Notes: generated by a model from the sequence alone, not told the origin. Counted from the first letter of the stretch, positions 38,819 to 49,409 are shown. The stretch is DNA of 64,000 nucleotides from an uncultured Desulfurococcales archaeon (GCA_964406965.1 CAYOTT010000005.1:54878-118877); one strand, 5' to 3'. Numbers and translations: made by a program.

Positions 38819-41182
38819 CTATATGTTGCATGTTTCACATCCACCAGCATAATCTTCGGCTACGGCATTGTATTCTTTACTTCCAATTCTAAGTTTTAAT
38901 GGTATATTTCTTGATATTTTTATGGGTTTAGGTTTAAGTTTTAATACCTTCTCCTTAAGACCGATATGTATTACTTGTTCCTTCTTAGACTTGTCCCTAT
39001 AGACAGTTATTCCCTTGCATCCAAGTTTCCAAGATTCAAAAAATACTTCTTCAACGTCTATGGGTGTTGCTTCATGCCTTAAATTTACGGTTTTAGAAAC
39101 TGCATTATCAACCCATCTTTGAAACACTGCTTGCATTCTAACATGGTCTATTGGTTTAATGTCATGTGCTACTTTAAATATTCTCCTGAGTTCTTCAGGA
39201 ACTCGGTTTATTGTTGAAAGTGTGCCTTTTTCAGCAATTTCCCAAAGCTTATCCTCTTGTAAAAGACCTCTCTTCAATAGTTCACGTATTAACAGTTTAT
39301 TTATTTCTAAAAATCTACCAATACTTATCTGCCTTATAAAGACGGCAGCAAATAAAGGCTCTATACCTGATGACGTATTAGCAATAATACTTATACTTCC
39401 CGTTGGAGCTATCGTAGTTACTGTAGCGTTTCTTAAACCATACTTCTTAATATCTTCTCTAACCTTGTCCCAGTCTATTGGTGGCCTTTCTGAAACAAGT
39501 TTTCTTACTCTTTCCGAAACCTTAGAGAGATCAACTATTTTTTCAAGAGGAACTTGCGGTTCAAAGTTTAATTTTCCTTTAACAAAAATGCTTTCCTTAA
39601 AAGCTGGGAAGCTTCCTCTCTCCTTAGCTAACTCTACACTTGCCAACTTAGCATTGTACTCTATCCATTCCATGACTTTATCAGCTATGAAAAACGCGTC
39701 TGGTGTGTCGTATGGTATTTTTAGTTTTATTAGCATGTGTGCCCATCCCATTACTCCTAAGCCTATTTTCCTAGTTTTCTTAGTAGCTTCCTCAATCCTA
39801 AAATCAGGATACCTATTAGCATCAATAACGTCATCAAGAAACCTTACCGCTAATCTTACAGCTCTTCCAAGATCCTCCCAGTCTATGTGTGGCTGGTTGT
39901 TTTCTGTTTTTACGAATTTTTCTAGGTTTATTGATCCTAAGTTGCATGATTCCCAAGGTAAAGCAGGAACCTCACCACAAGGATTAGTAGCATTAATCTT
40001 ACCTAGTTTAGGCGTCGGATTACGCTTATTTATAGTGTCTATAAATACTGCGCCAGGATCCCCTGATTTCCAAGCACAATAAATTATTTTCTCCAAAATT
40101 TCTTTAGCGTTAACCCATTTTACATGTGCTCCTCTTTTTTCACATTTCTCAACAATATCGTAAATGTTTTCTGAAAGTGCATCTTTTATTTCAGGACATT
40201 CTTTGGGGTTTACAAGCGGCCACTTTTCACCCTTTAATGAAGCTTCAATGAATTTATCGTAAAGCGCTACCGAAATATTGAAGTTTCTTAGAACTTCTTC
40301 ACCACATTTAGACATTATGAATTCCATTATGTCAGGGTGCCAAACATGCATTATTCCCATGTTAGCTCCTCTACGCTTACCTCCCTCCTTAATCACTTCG
40401 GTGGTCATATCATATATTTTCATGAAGCTTATGGGGCCTGAAGAAACACCTCCTGTTGACTCTATAAAGTCTCCTTTCGGCCTTAATTCTGAAAAGTCTG
40501 CTCCAACTCCTCCACCGCTTTTCTGAATTAGCGCTGAAATTCTTAAGGAATCAAATATTCCATTTAAATCATCAGGTATGTGGATTACGAAACATGCTGA
40601 AAGCTGTCCTAATTTTGTCCCTGCATTCATTAATGTAGGGGAGTTAGGTAAGAACTTTAAATCAGCCATGAGCTTGAAGAATTTTTGAGAAAGCCTATTT
40701 ACTTCTCTATTGGATAATCCGTATTTTTTCTCAACAGATGCTATTGAGGAAGCTACCCTCCTAAACATTTCCTCAGGTGTTTCAATAATCTTTCCTGTGC
40801 GGGAATCTTTAAGTAAGTACCTTGCTTCTAAGAGTTTTATAGCGTTAAAGCTAAGCTTTTTATCAACATCACTTATTTTTGAAGGGTCCTTGCCACAATT
40901 CTTATAAATCCTTGCTAAAGCATAGCATTTAGCGGCTTCTAACCATACAGGATTATTTATTGCCTTCTGAACTAGAATAAGCTCTACAGCATCAGCTATT
41001 TCTTGAGAAGAATACTTTTTCAAACCCCTAGCTTCAAGAGTTTCAAGAACTTCTGAAACAACCTTTCCAGCTTCTTTAATATTTATATTAGCGCATTTAA
41101 GAGCCTTAACAATGGATTCCTCCAGTTTTTCTAGGGAGAAGTATTCTTCAACACCATTTCTCTTAATAACCTTTAGCCTCAT
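38819..41182 (-). CDS. nrdJ: adenosylcobalamin-dependent ribonucleoside-diphosphate reductase (class II RNR) with N-terminal ATP-cone
   Basis: ATP-cone N-terminus MRLKVIKRNGVEEYFSLEKL, catalytic core with NPCGE active-site Cys loop and a C-terminal Cys pair; 787 aa, no intein. Confidence 0.85.
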   Translation of the reverse strand: MRLKVIKRNGVEEYFSLEKLEESIVKALKCANINIKEAGKVVSEVLETLEARGLKKYSSQEIADAVELILVQKAINNPVWLEAAKCYALARIYKNCGKDPSKISDVDKKLSFNAIKLLEARYLLKDSRTGKIIETPEEMFRRVASSIASVEKKYGLSNREVNRLSQKFFKLMADLKFLPNSPTLMNAGTKLGQLSACFVIHIPDDLNGIFDSLRISALIQKSGGGVGADFSELRPKGDFIESTGGVSSGPISFMKIYDMTTEVIKEGGKRRGANMGIMHVWHPDIMEFIMSKCGEEVLRNFNISVALYDKFIEASLKGEKWPLVNPKECPEIKDALSENIYDIVEKCEKRGAHVKWVNAKEILEKIIYCAWKSGDPGAVFIDTINKRNPTPKLGKINATNPCGEVPALPWESCNLGSINLEKFVKTENNQPHIDWEDLGRAVRLAVRFLDDVIDANRYPDFRIEEATKKTRKIGLGVMGWAHMLIKLKIPYDTPDAFFIADKVMEWIEYNAKLASVELAKERGSFPAFKESIFVKGKLNFEPQVPLEKIVDLSKVSERVRKLVSERPPIDWDKVREDIKKYGLRNATVTTIAPTGSISIIANTSSGIEPLFAAVFIRQISIGRFLEINKLLIRELLKRGLLQEDKLWEIAEKGTLSTINRVPEELRRIFKVAHDIKPIDHVRMQAVFQRWVDNAVSKTVNLRHEATPIDVEEVFFESWKLGCKGITVYRDKSKKEQVIHIGLKEKVLKLKPKPIKISRNIPLKLRIGSKEYNAVAEDYAGGCETCNI

Positions 41183-41184
41183 AG

Positions 41185-41391
41185 CTAATCTAACCCTACT
41201 TTAGGAGGCCTACGCTTCAATCTAATACTTCTTAGAATTTCCTCATACATATTTTCAAGAGCTTCTTTCTCACCTATTTCCTCCAGAAAACGTCTATACT
41301 CCTCTCTTAATGAGGGATTTAAGTCTTCTAATGCTTTCTCAATAACTTTTCTCCTATTTACTGCATCCTCAGGTTTAATGACTCTACACAC
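41185..41391 (-). CDS. small hypothetical protein (68 aa) translationally coupled upstream of nrdJ
   Basis: Stop TAG lies 2 nt before the nrdJ ATG; highly charged helical sequence. Confidence 0.45.
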   Translation of the reverse strand: MCRVIKPEDAVNRRKVIEKALEDLNPSLREEYRRFLEEIGEKEALENMYEEILRSIRLKRRPPKVGLD

Positions 41392-41574
41392 CTTGTACTA
41401 CCATAGAATATTTTCTGCTTAAACGCACCTTTAAATATAGCTCAAAATGCAGGGAAGCGGAAATATGTTAATTACTAAGTATTCCTTCTTCAAAATTCAA
41501 AACCTCATTATTCATGTCTTTTATAGTTTTAAGTGTGAGCGTTGAAGAATGTATTACTGAGGAGAGCATATGTC

Positions 41575-42879
41575 ATGAGCGAAGCTGAGTGGGTAAAGAA
41601 CTATACTGAATTAATGAATTTCCTAGATAAGCATGATCCCAAAAGACACTTTAGATTTAGCGGGTCTTTAGCTAAAGAGTTCGACTTAATACGTGAAAAA
41701 CTACGCGATAGCTTCATAAACCACATCTTAGGATTAGAAGTTGAAATTGCTAAGAAATGGATTAAGAAGCTTATGCACGAAATTGATAAGCTAACTCAAA
41801 ACTATAATCTTCAAGGGGTGTTGTTTTCTAAGGAACTTAGGAGTTTTATTGAAGACCCATATGCTCATTTGAGAAAGAAAATATTTAACTATATGTATGA
41901 TTTGCTGAGAGGAAAAATAGATCACGAAGAGTTCGAAAGAGTTGCTGGTGCAGCTTTAAGAACGTCTTTAAGAACAAATATGAGATCCATTTATCAAATA
42001 TGGGTTCTAACTTCACTATTAAACATACTTCATGAACATGGTAGCTACATAGTATTTCCTGAGCATGGATATTTATCCTTTGAAAGATCAGGTAAGCAAA
42101 AGTTAGGTTGGATACCGCCTAACGTTGTAATTTACGTTAGAGGAAAGGGTTTCTTAAGCTTCTTTGTTGAAGCACCTAGACCCATAGGGTGGGAAGATAG
42201 CCAAGATCTTAAAAAAGCCTGGAGTTTTTACACCGCATTAAGACCAGACATACTGGTTTATGGAGGTAAAACCCTAAACATAGTTAAGTTAGGTCACGAC
42301 CCCCCTATTGAAAGACCCAACATAATAATTGAGTGTAAAGAACTTGAGGAATGGCATATAAGAATAAGAGATATGAGGGGGCCTTTTGCTAAGCCTCTAA
42401 CCGCTGAAGAATGGAGAAGTAAATGGATTCAAGGACTATGGGATGGTTTAGCAGATATTTTAGGCGTAAAAAGAACAGAAGCTGTCGAAACAGTCAAGGA
42501 AAAGAAAACATTAAGGCTAAGAGAACACCAAGTAGTAACACTTTACAGTAGATTTTATAGACCTGACATTATGGTCTTAGTAGCTAGAGCTAAAACGCCT
42601 AGTGAAATTAAAAAGAAGCTTTTAAGAGAAAACATAGTTACGATAGATAATGTGGGTTTTAGTAAGAAGAAGCTAAATAAGGTAGTTAATATTCTCTTAG
42701 AAAAAGCAAGGCCTGAACATGGTAAAATAGCTTTCGAAATACCTTGGGAAACTTATGCTAAAATACAAGTATTAAAACGTAAAGTAGAGTCAGTAAATAA
42801 AAGAAGCATCAAATTAGAGGAATTATTGGAAAAACTTGTAACTTACGCGTTAGAAAACCCGGATGAGATTTTCCAGTAA
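41575..42879 (+). CDS. hypothetical protein with PD-(D/E)xK (restriction-endonuclease-like) core
   Basis: FVEAPRP...ALRPDILVYGG...NIIIECKEL gives E / PD / ExK with canonical spacing. ORF track starts at the GTG at 41542; the ATG at 41575 (MSEAEW) is preceded by GAGGAG at -10. Confidence 0.5.
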   Translation: MSEAEWVKNYTELMNFLDKHDPKRHFRFSGSLAKEFDLIREKLRDSFINHILGLEVEIAKKWIKKLMHEIDKLTQNYNLQGVLFSKELRSFIEDPYAHLRKKIFNYMYDLLRGKIDHEEFERVAGAALRTSLRTNMRSIYQIWVLTSLLNILHEHGSYIVFPEHGYLSFERSGKQKLGWIPPNVVIYVRGKGFLSFFVEAPRPIGWEDSQDLKKAWSFYTALRPDILVYGGKTLNIVKLGHDPPIERPNIIIECKELEEWHIRIRDMRGPFAKPLTAEEWRSKWIQGLWDGLADILGVKRTEAVETVKEKKTLRLREHQVVTLYSRFYRPDIMVLVARAKTPSEIKKKLLRENIVTIDNVGFSKKKLNKVVNILLEKARPEHGKIAFEIPWETYAKIQVLKRKVESVNKRSIKLEELLEKLVTYALENPDEIFQ

Positions 42880-42880
42880 G

Positions 42881-43312
42881 TCAAGTCCATCTATGCTTAA
42901 ACTCAGAAATAACGTTGGCCCCTCCCGGTAATGCATATATGAACATTTCCAAAAATGGATCAACAATACATCCCTCAAGGACATGTCCTGCGTAAACTTC
43001 TTCCTTAGATTTAGCAATGACTGCGTGTAAATGCGGGTAATATTCTCCATTAGGAGCTCTTACAAAATTCCCTATTAACGAAGCAGCCTCTAATACGTGT
43101 CCTTTTAAAGGCTCAATAATGACCTCATCGTAACCATCCCCCTTAAAAATACCTATTTTTGCCCTTCCTAACCCCCCAATACCCATTATAAAGCCTAGTT
43201 CTAAACCCGTTTGAGGAAGTAGCTTACGAAATTCCTTAAGTAAATCCTCTCCCTTCAATAACTTTACATAATAAATACTTTCTGTTAAGGAAAAAAGACG
43301 TCCCATTAGCAA
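42881..43312 (-). CDS. PCC/DUF296 domain protein (PPC-fold predicted DNA-binding protein)
   Basis: 143 aa; LEAASLIGNF...GEYYPHLHAVIA matches the DUF296 core. Confidence 0.55.
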   Translation of the reverse strand: MLMGRLFSLTESIYYVKLLKGEDLLKEFRKLLPQTGLELGFIMGIGGLGRAKIGIFKGDGYDEVIIEPLKGHVLEAASLIGNFVRAPNGEYYPHLHAVIAKSKEEVYAGHVLEGCIVDPFLEMFIYALPGGANVISEFKHRWT

Positions 43313-43354
43313 ATCCCACTAAACAATATATTTACTGAAATGTAAAAATAGTTT

Positions 43355-43819
43355 TTGGGGATAAATAAAGTGTCATCAAATAGAGACTATTTAGAGAACA
43401 TTATAAGGAAGTTAAGGAAGCATTTAAGGCTGGAAGAGAAGTCCATAGAAATGTATGGGTCAGCTCTTAAGAGAATAAAATCACCGGTACTTAGAGAGGT
43501 ACTAGAGGGTATTTTGATTGATAGTTTAGCTCATAGGGAATTACTGAAGGCATCAATTAACGTTCTTAAAGAAGTTTCTAGAACGAACTTTAAGGTCGAA
43601 GCGGAACGAATAGGAGAGGAAGAGGAAACGAAAGAGTTAATAGAGGTGTTAAAGGGACATTTAAGACTTGAAGAAAACGCTGTAAAGGGCTTAATAGATT
43701 TGGCAGAGAAAGTTAATATTTATTCGATAAGGGAGACCTTAAGAACACTGTATGAAGATGAAAGAAGACATCACATTATGCTGAAAAACATAATAATGGC
43801 GCTTGAAGAACAATTTTAA
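43355..43819 (+). CDS. ferritin-like (rubrerythrin-type four-helix-bundle) domain protein
   Basis: Two repeats of the LRLEE...E and HxxxL motif (LRLEEKSIEMYG; LRLEENAVKGL ... ERRHHIML), consistent with diiron-site ligands. Confidence 0.5.
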   Translation: MGINKVSSNRDYLENIIRKLRKHLRLEEKSIEMYGSALKRIKSPVLREVLEGILIDSLAHRELLKASINVLKEVSRTNFKVEAERIGEEEETKELIEVLKGHLRLEENAVKGLIDLAEKVNIYSIRETLRTLYEDERRHHIMLKNIIMALEEQF

Positions 43820-43834
43820 ACAGGGAATCCTTGT

Positions 43835-44584
43835 TTGGAAAAGAAATTAACCACGATTATCTCTTATGTTAATGAAGAGGAATTAAGAGAAATAGTAGAT
43901 TACATAGATGAGATTTTAGATAAACACAATAACGCTATAGTTGCGATTTATCCTAAAAGAAATCTACTAGAAAGCATTATTTTAAAAGCAATTTCTAAAG
44001 TGTTTTTTAAAACAAATAAACTAGTAGACCCTGAGCCATTAGCTATAGTAATGCTTCACAATTATAATGTTCCAAAAGTCTCTGATTCGAAAGAAATACT
44101 AGATTTTATACTAAGAAATGATGTTAAAGCACATGTAATAAGTTATCGTAAGAACTTAGGTTTAGTAAAAACATTAAGGTACATCTTAAGAGCTATAAAA
44201 AAAGTTAATTATAGACCTATTAAGTTTGGTTTAGTTGGTTCCTCCGGAATCCTCGTTAATGAGGGCATCTTATGGTTACTTGTAGTAAATGGTGTAAACG
44301 TTAAGTTTGCTAGTCCCATAGCTATAGAAGTTTCTATTTTAAATAACTTTATTTTAAACAATTACTGGACTTTTAAAGAGTTTAGAGGAGGGTTTTTCAG
44401 AAAGCTTGTCAAGTACCATGTAGCAGTAGCTTTAGGAGCCATTACAAACTACATTACCTTAATCTCACTTACATTAATTTTAGGGATACATTACTTACTT
44501 GCTAATTTGCTAGGCATTTTTGCTGGCTACGTAGTAAACTATATCATAAGCGAGTTGTTTGTTTGGACCAAAAATAATATTTAG
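43835..44584 (+). CDS. GtrA-family membrane protein with N-terminal soluble domain
   Basis: C-terminal half has the GtrA pattern (KFGLVGSSGILVNEGILWLL...NYWTF...). Confidence 0.55.
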   Translation: MEKKLTTIISYVNEEELREIVDYIDEILDKHNNAIVAIYPKRNLLESIILKAISKVFFKTNKLVDPEPLAIVMLHNYNVPKVSDSKEILDFILRNDVKAHVISYRKNLGLVKTLRYILRAIKKVNYRPIKFGLVGSSGILVNEGILWLLVVNGVNVKFASPIAIEVSILNNFILNNYWTFKEFRGGFFRKLVKYHVAVALGAITNYITLISLTLILGIHYLLANLLGIFAGYVVNYIISELFVWTKNNI

Positions 44585-44597
44585 TTTTATTTGCGAT

Positions 44598-45608
44598 TTA
44601 CGTAAAGCCTGGTTTCCTTACGTTTACTACTTCCTTATTTACAAGAGTTGGCGGGATTTCTCCTTTGGCAAAAGCAATTAGGTTTTCAGCTACAATATTT
44701 GCCATTTTCATTCTGGTTTCCCAAGAAGCACTACCAGCATGAGGTGCTAGGACAACGTTCTTTAATTTACATAGTGGATGATCTGGTGGTAGAGGTTCTT
44801 CTTCAAAAACATCAAGAGCGGCGCCTGCTATCCATCCTTCCTTTAAAGCTTTAACTAAAGCATTAGTATCTACAACTGCCCCTCTCGCAGTATTTATGAG
44901 GAAAGCTGTTTTCTTCATTAACTTAAGCTCTTTCTCACCTATCATATATTTTGTTTCAGGAGTTAAAGCCACATGGAGAGATACTATGTCGCTTTCTTTA
45001 AGAAGAGTTTCTAAATCAACATATTTTACTCCAAGTTCCCTTTCTAATTCAGGCTTTCTTCTCCTATCGTAGTACAGAATTTTCATGTTGAAACCTTTTG
45101 CTCTTCTAGCTACAGCAGAACCTATTCTACCTAAACCAACTATGCCTAATGTTTTACCATAAACATCGTATCCCAACATCATCATAGGATGCCACCCGGT
45201 TTTACTGCACCACCATTCTCCACTTCTAACATAATGATCGGCTTCAACAATTCTCCTAGATACAGCTAATATTAGAGCCCATGTATGATCAGCGACTGTT
45301 TCAGTAAGTACTCCTGGAGTATTCGTAACGTATATTCCCTGTTTCGTAGCGCATTCAACGTCTATGTTATCATAGCCTACAGCATATTGCGCTATAATCC
45401 TTAGTTTAGGTGCATTCTCTAAGAGATTGCAGTCTATTCTATCAGTTAATAGGGAAACTAAAGCATTAACTTCCCTAACTTTTTCTAATAAAACGCTATA
45501 AGGTGGTGGTGAATATTTATCCCAAACTTCGATTTCGTAATATTCCTTAAGTCTCTCAACAACATTTCCTGGCAACTGCCTTGTAATGAAGAGTCTAGGT
45601 TTACCCAT
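44598..45608 (-). CDS. gyaR: glyoxylate/hydroxypyruvate reductase (D-isomer-specific 2-hydroxyacid dehydrogenase)
   Basis: NAD-binding [15 protein letters not shown], catalytic triad region ...NTARG...D...E..., HAGSAS motif; 336 aa. Confidence 0.85.
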   Translation of the reverse strand: MGKPRLFITRQLPGNVVERLKEYYEIEVWDKYSPPPYSVLLEKVREVNALVSLLTDRIDCNLLENAPKLRIIAQYAVGYDNIDVECATKQGIYVTNTPGVLTETVADHTWALILAVSRRIVEADHYVRSGEWWCSKTGWHPMMMLGYDVYGKTLGIVGLGRIGSAVARRAKGFNMKILYYDRRRKPELERELGVKYVDLETLLKESDIVSLHVALTPETKYMIGEKELKLMKKTAFLINTARGAVVDTNALVKALKEGWIAGAALDVFEEEPLPPDHPLCKLKNVVLAPHAGSASWETRMKMANIVAENLIAFAKGEIPPTLVNKEVVNVRKPGFT

Positions 45609-45731
45609 AGTCTTAAGCCTCTTTAGGAAATCGGCTATTCTTAAATCTAAATTTTACCCAAAATAAACTACGTCGTATCTTCTTTAATTATCGGTTTAAT
45701 TATCGGGGATGCCGTTTAAACACGCTTTAAA

Positions 45732-46316
45732 CTAAAAGTAATTTACTATTTCGTATATGCTTCTAACACTATCGCACCCTCTAAGTTCATTGAAACTTCC
45801 CACAATAACTGTTTTACATCCCATTTTTAACCCGGCTTCATAATCCCATAGGGTATCGCCTATAAACACGGTCTTTGAAGGCTTTACACCAAGTTTGTCG
45901 ATAGCAATCCTTAACTGTACAAACCTGTCTAAGCTATCATCACGTGTTATTATTGTTCTAAAAAATTTAGTGAGACCCAACCTGTTTAAAATTATTAATG
46001 CTGTTCTTCTATTTTGTAAAGTTACGAGGCCTATTTTTGTGTTCCTAAATTTTAAGTAAGTAAAAATTTCGTAGAGTTTTTTATCGAAAAAGACTTTTCT
46101 TGCTGCCTCCAGCTCTTCTTTCTCTATAATCTTAAATGCTTTCTCTCTAAGTTTAGGATTGTTCCGTGTAAGTATGTATACACTTAACCCTAAGGGCTTC
46201 AAGGGATGATTTGTTTTAAGAACCTCTCTTACTTTCGCTCTTAATTTATCCCAGTTTATATTGGTTTTTACTAAAGTTCCATCTAAGTCAGTTATTAACG
46301 CTTCATACTTACCCAA
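45732..46316 (-). CDS. HAD superfamily hydrolase
   Basis: Motif I LITDLDGTL, motif III/IV ...FIGDTLWD; 194 aa. Confidence 0.7.
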   Translation of the reverse strand: MGKYEALITDLDGTLVKTNINWDKLRAKVREVLKTNHPLKPLGLSVYILTRNNPKLREKAFKIIEKEELEAARKVFFDKKLYEIFTYLKFRNTKIGLVTLQNRRTALIILNRLGLTKFFRTIITRDDSLDRFVQLRIAIDKLGVKPSKTVFIGDTLWDYEAGLKMGCKTVIVGSFNELRGCDSVRSIYEIVNYF

Positions 46317-46325
46317 ACTTACACC

Positions 46326-46604
46326 TTAAATTCTCATCGTTGCTCTAAGGAGCATGTCTTTAAAATCTCCTTCAGAAGGCCTATAACCTACCGCCATTAA
46401 AACTCCGTTAACTGCTATACTTGGTGAAACCAATATGCCATACCTAGAAATTACTTCATCATCAAAAATGTCCTTAATTATAGTCTTAATAGTAAGCTTT
46501 CTTAATTTTTCAGCTACTTTTACAATGGTATTAACTATGGCTTCTCCCTCCTCTAATTTATCAACAAAAACTTCAACTACGACTAATTCCTTCTCCTTAT
46601 TCAC
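46326..46604 (-). CDS. small hypothetical protein (thioredoxin-like fold suspected, no CxxC)
   Basis: 92 aa; GILVSPSIAVNGVLMAVGYRPSEGDF resembles Thioredoxin_3-type proteins but has no cysteines. Confidence 0.35.
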   Translation of the reverse strand: MNKEKELVVVEVFVDKLEEGEAIVNTIVKVAEKLRKLTIKTIIKDIFDDEVISRYGILVSPSIAVNGVLMAVGYRPSEGDFKDMLLRATMRI

Positions 46605-46623
46605 GCCGATAACCCCTCGATTT

Positions 46624-47976
46624 TTAGAGCGTGTGCTTTGTTGTATGAATTCTCTCTACCAAAATGTAGGGGGCTATGGTAGGTATTTCAGCTTCCCACC
46701 ATTTAATTTGATATCTTCTTCTACCCAAGTCTTTTATATTACGAAGCAATCTAGGTAGTCTATCTGTTATCCTAAGTTTCGTCACAGCTTTACTTATTTC
46801 ACCGTTTTCTATAAGAAATAGTGCATCTCTTGTTACTGTTGAAAACATTCCTTCAACATAGTTTTGCAACCTAGTATACCAATTGTTCGTTATTAAGAGC
46901 CCCTTCTTAACTTCTGCTATTAATTCATCATATTTAAGTTCTCCAGCCGCTATTTCCAATGACCATGGATGCGGATTTATCCAGCCAGCATTTCCCGTAG
47001 ATTTGACCCCATATTTTCTCGCTGTTTTACTATTGTGAAGAAATGTTTTCAAAATACCTTTCTCTATTATCGCATTTCTTCTCGTTAAAACACCTTCATC
47101 ATCAACATATGTCATAGAGTACGACTCTGGGTTTCTCGGATCATCAATTAATGTTAACTTATCAGAGGCTACAACATCACCTACTTTATTATTTGCAAAA
47201 ATAGATAAGCCCATGTCAACTTCAAAAGCTGAAGCCATAGTACCTATTATGTTGAAAATGTTACTTACAACCATCGGTGAAAGTATTACATCATACACGT
47301 CTGCTGCTACCTTTTCCCTTCTTTTAGAGGCTAATGCATATTCTGAAGCTATTCTTGTTGTTTCAACAATTTCTTCTCTTCTAAGAATTCTTCCAGCCGA
47401 TGCCCATTGCCCACTTCCTTCACCTTTAAATACTCTCACATAGAATTCGTATTTTCCATAACTTTCTAATGTTTCAACTCCCGTAGATGTGGCTAAGGCT
47501 TCAAAACCAGCTACAACCTTAAACATTCCAGCAAGTTTATCTATTTCATAAGTTAATGCTGCGTTTAAAATTTCTTCAGAGTACGTTTCAGGTTCAGTAA
47601 GAGCCTTAATTATTGAATCATGTATTTCAGCTGGTCCTTTAATTTTCGTTTCAAGCTTAGGTAATGGCGCATAGTATTCTGATGGTTCAGAAAGCTCTAT
47701 TTCTGAAACAAAGTTTCTAATGAAGCCAAGGGCGTCTTCTTCCCGAGGTATTTCGAAGCTTAACGTTGTCACCCTTCTATTCTTAGCTAAATATACTGAT
47801 ACGCTAACGTTATTCCAGCTTTGCAAAATACTTGGCTGACTATTAGCGAATTTCACCATCGCTTCATCTTCATAATTCACTATGGCAGCTACCTCTTCAA
47901 ACCCCGCCTTTAAAGCTTCAGTTACGGTTTTTTTAGCTAAACTTACAATTTTATTTTCATCTATTTCCTCAATCAA
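46624..47976 (-). CDS. pmbA: PmbA/TldE-family metalloprotease subunit
   Basis: TldD/PmbA fold without the HExxxH motif. ORF track extends to 48033 (GTG). The probable start is the TTG at 47976, which overlaps the tldD TGA stop (TTGA). Confidence 0.7.
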   Translation of the reverse strand: MIEEIDENKIVSLAKKTVTEALKAGFEEVAAIVNYEDEAMVKFANSQPSILQSWNNVSVSVYLAKNRRVTTLSFEIPREEDALGFIRNFVSEIELSEPSEYYAPLPKLETKIKGPAEIHDSIIKALTEPETYSEEILNAALTYEIDKLAGMFKVVAGFEALATSTGVETLESYGKYEFYVRVFKGEGSGQWASAGRILRREEIVETTRIASEYALASKRREKVAADVYDVILSPMVVSNIFNIIGTMASAFEVDMGLSIFANNKVGDVVASDKLTLIDDPRNPESYSMTYVDDEGVLTRRNAIIEKGILKTFLHNSKTARKYGVKSTGNAGWINPHPWSLEIAAGELKYDELIAEVKKGLLITNNWYTRLQNYVEGMFSTVTRDALFLIENGEISKAVTKLRITDRLPRLLRNIKDLGRRRYQIKWWEAEIPTIAPYILVERIHTTKHTL

Positions 47977-49409
47977 TAGGGAGCAACCCCCAAAACTATA
48001 CTCCTCAATCTGACATTGGGTCCCCCAAACCACACAGGAACTCCCTGCGCAGGCTCACCCTTACCACATGTTCCAGCATGAAATTCTAAGCTTCTATCTG
48101 CAGCATCTACACTATTATAGAAGCTTTCAGTCGTTATTTCGAGGACAGGGTATTTTACATATCCTCTAATTTCGCCTTTTTCAATAAGGTATGATTCTAA
48201 ACCAACATATCGTTGGCTCCATCTTAAATCGTCAATGTTCCACTCCATGTATGATTTAATGTATACTCCTAACTTAATATCTTCTATTAACTCTTCAAAA
48301 CTCATATCTCCCGGTTTAAAATATGTATTAGACATTCTAATTATAGGCTCTGAAGCATAATCTTTAGCTCTAGCTGAACCATTGCTTACAACGCCAAACA
48401 TTCTTGCAGTCCATCTATTATGAAGAAGCTCATTAATTATTCCATTTTTATATAAATACTTAGGCCTTGCTTTAACGCCTTCATCATCGTAAAGGTAATA
48501 ACCATAGCTTTCAGGAATAGTTGGGTCGTCTATTACGTTAACTATTTCGTTGCCTATTCTCTCCTTTCCTACCATGTCTTTTTTAATGAAACTTTCACCA
48601 GCCTGAGCAGCTTCCCTACCTAAAATCCTATCTGCTTCGCTAGGATGTCCGCATGACTCATGAACTATTAATCCGACAACTTCGCTTCCAATCACAACGT
48701 CTACTTTCTCTTTAGGAGGAGATTTACCTTCAAGAAGTACTTTTTCAAGTATTTTAGCTTCAGTTACAACTTTCTCTTTAATATTCCATTTCTCCAGAAG
48801 TTCTAAGCCCCCGCTGCTGCCCCTTTCAAAAAATCTTTGCATAGTGCCTTTTTCAGGCGCATTTATTACGAAATTGCCGTAAATGCTTACTCTTGGAACA
48901 TAGCTTTTCACTTTAACACCTTCACTTGTTACTAGCAATTTTTCCTCGGAACTTTCAATATACTCTATGAAAAATGCTTGCATTCTAGATTTCCTCAGCG
49001 CATTTCTGGCTTCACTCCAGATTTCCTTAAAAAGCGCTATCTTGTCTTTAAGGCTCATACTATCAAAATTTTTCTTCATAGGTGCACTGTATTTTGCTTC
49101 TCTAGGTTTCATATGAGCAAGCTCTATAGGCTCTCTGTATTGGGCAGCTAAAGCCCTTGCCTTCTCTATGGCTCTTTTAACTATTTTTGTAAGTGCTTCA
49201 CGTGATAAAATGTTTGTAGAAGCGAAGCCTAAAGATCCATTTACTAAAACCCTTACACCTACTCCCTCGCTTACTGACTTCCCTACGCTAATTACTTTAT
49301 CATATTTCATTACAATATATGATTCTGCTACTCTATGATACCTAGCTTCAACATATTCTGCACCCTCACTAGTGCCGACGCTGACAACATGGTTCAAGAG
49401 CTCCTCCAT
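47973..49409 (-). CDS. tldD: TldD-family metalloprotease
   Basis: HESCGH zinc motif (LIVHESCGHPSEADR), 478 aa. Confidence 0.85.
   Translation of the reverse strand: MEELLNHVVSVGTSEGAEYVEARYHRVAESYIVMKYDKVISVGKSVSEGVGVRVLVNGSLGFASTNILSREALTKIVKRAIEKARALAAQYREPIELAHMKPREAKYSAPMKKNFDSMSLKDKIALFKEIWSEARNALRKSRMQAFFIEYIESSEEKLLVTSEGVKVKSYVPRVSIYGNFVINAPEKGTMQRFFERGSSGGLELLEKWNIKEKVVTEAKILEKVLLEGKSPPKEKVDVVIGSEVVGLIVHESCGHPSEADRILGREAAQAGESFIKKDMVGKERIGNEIVNVIDDPTIPESYGYYLYDDEGVKARPKYLYKNGIINELLHNRWTARMFGVVSNGSARAKDYASEPIIRMSNTYFKPGDMSFEELIEDIKLGVYIKSYMEWNIDDLRWSQRYVGLESYLIEKGEIRGYVKYPVLEITTESFYNSVDAADRSLEFHAGTCGKGEPAQGVPVWFGGPNVRLRSIVLGVAPY

Noticed and set aside
39159-40082. 307-aa plus-strand ORF inside nrdJ
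   Set aside because: It is antisense to a strongly supported RNR coding region, has a Ser/Leu-rich composition typical of shadow ORFs, and has no independent evidence.
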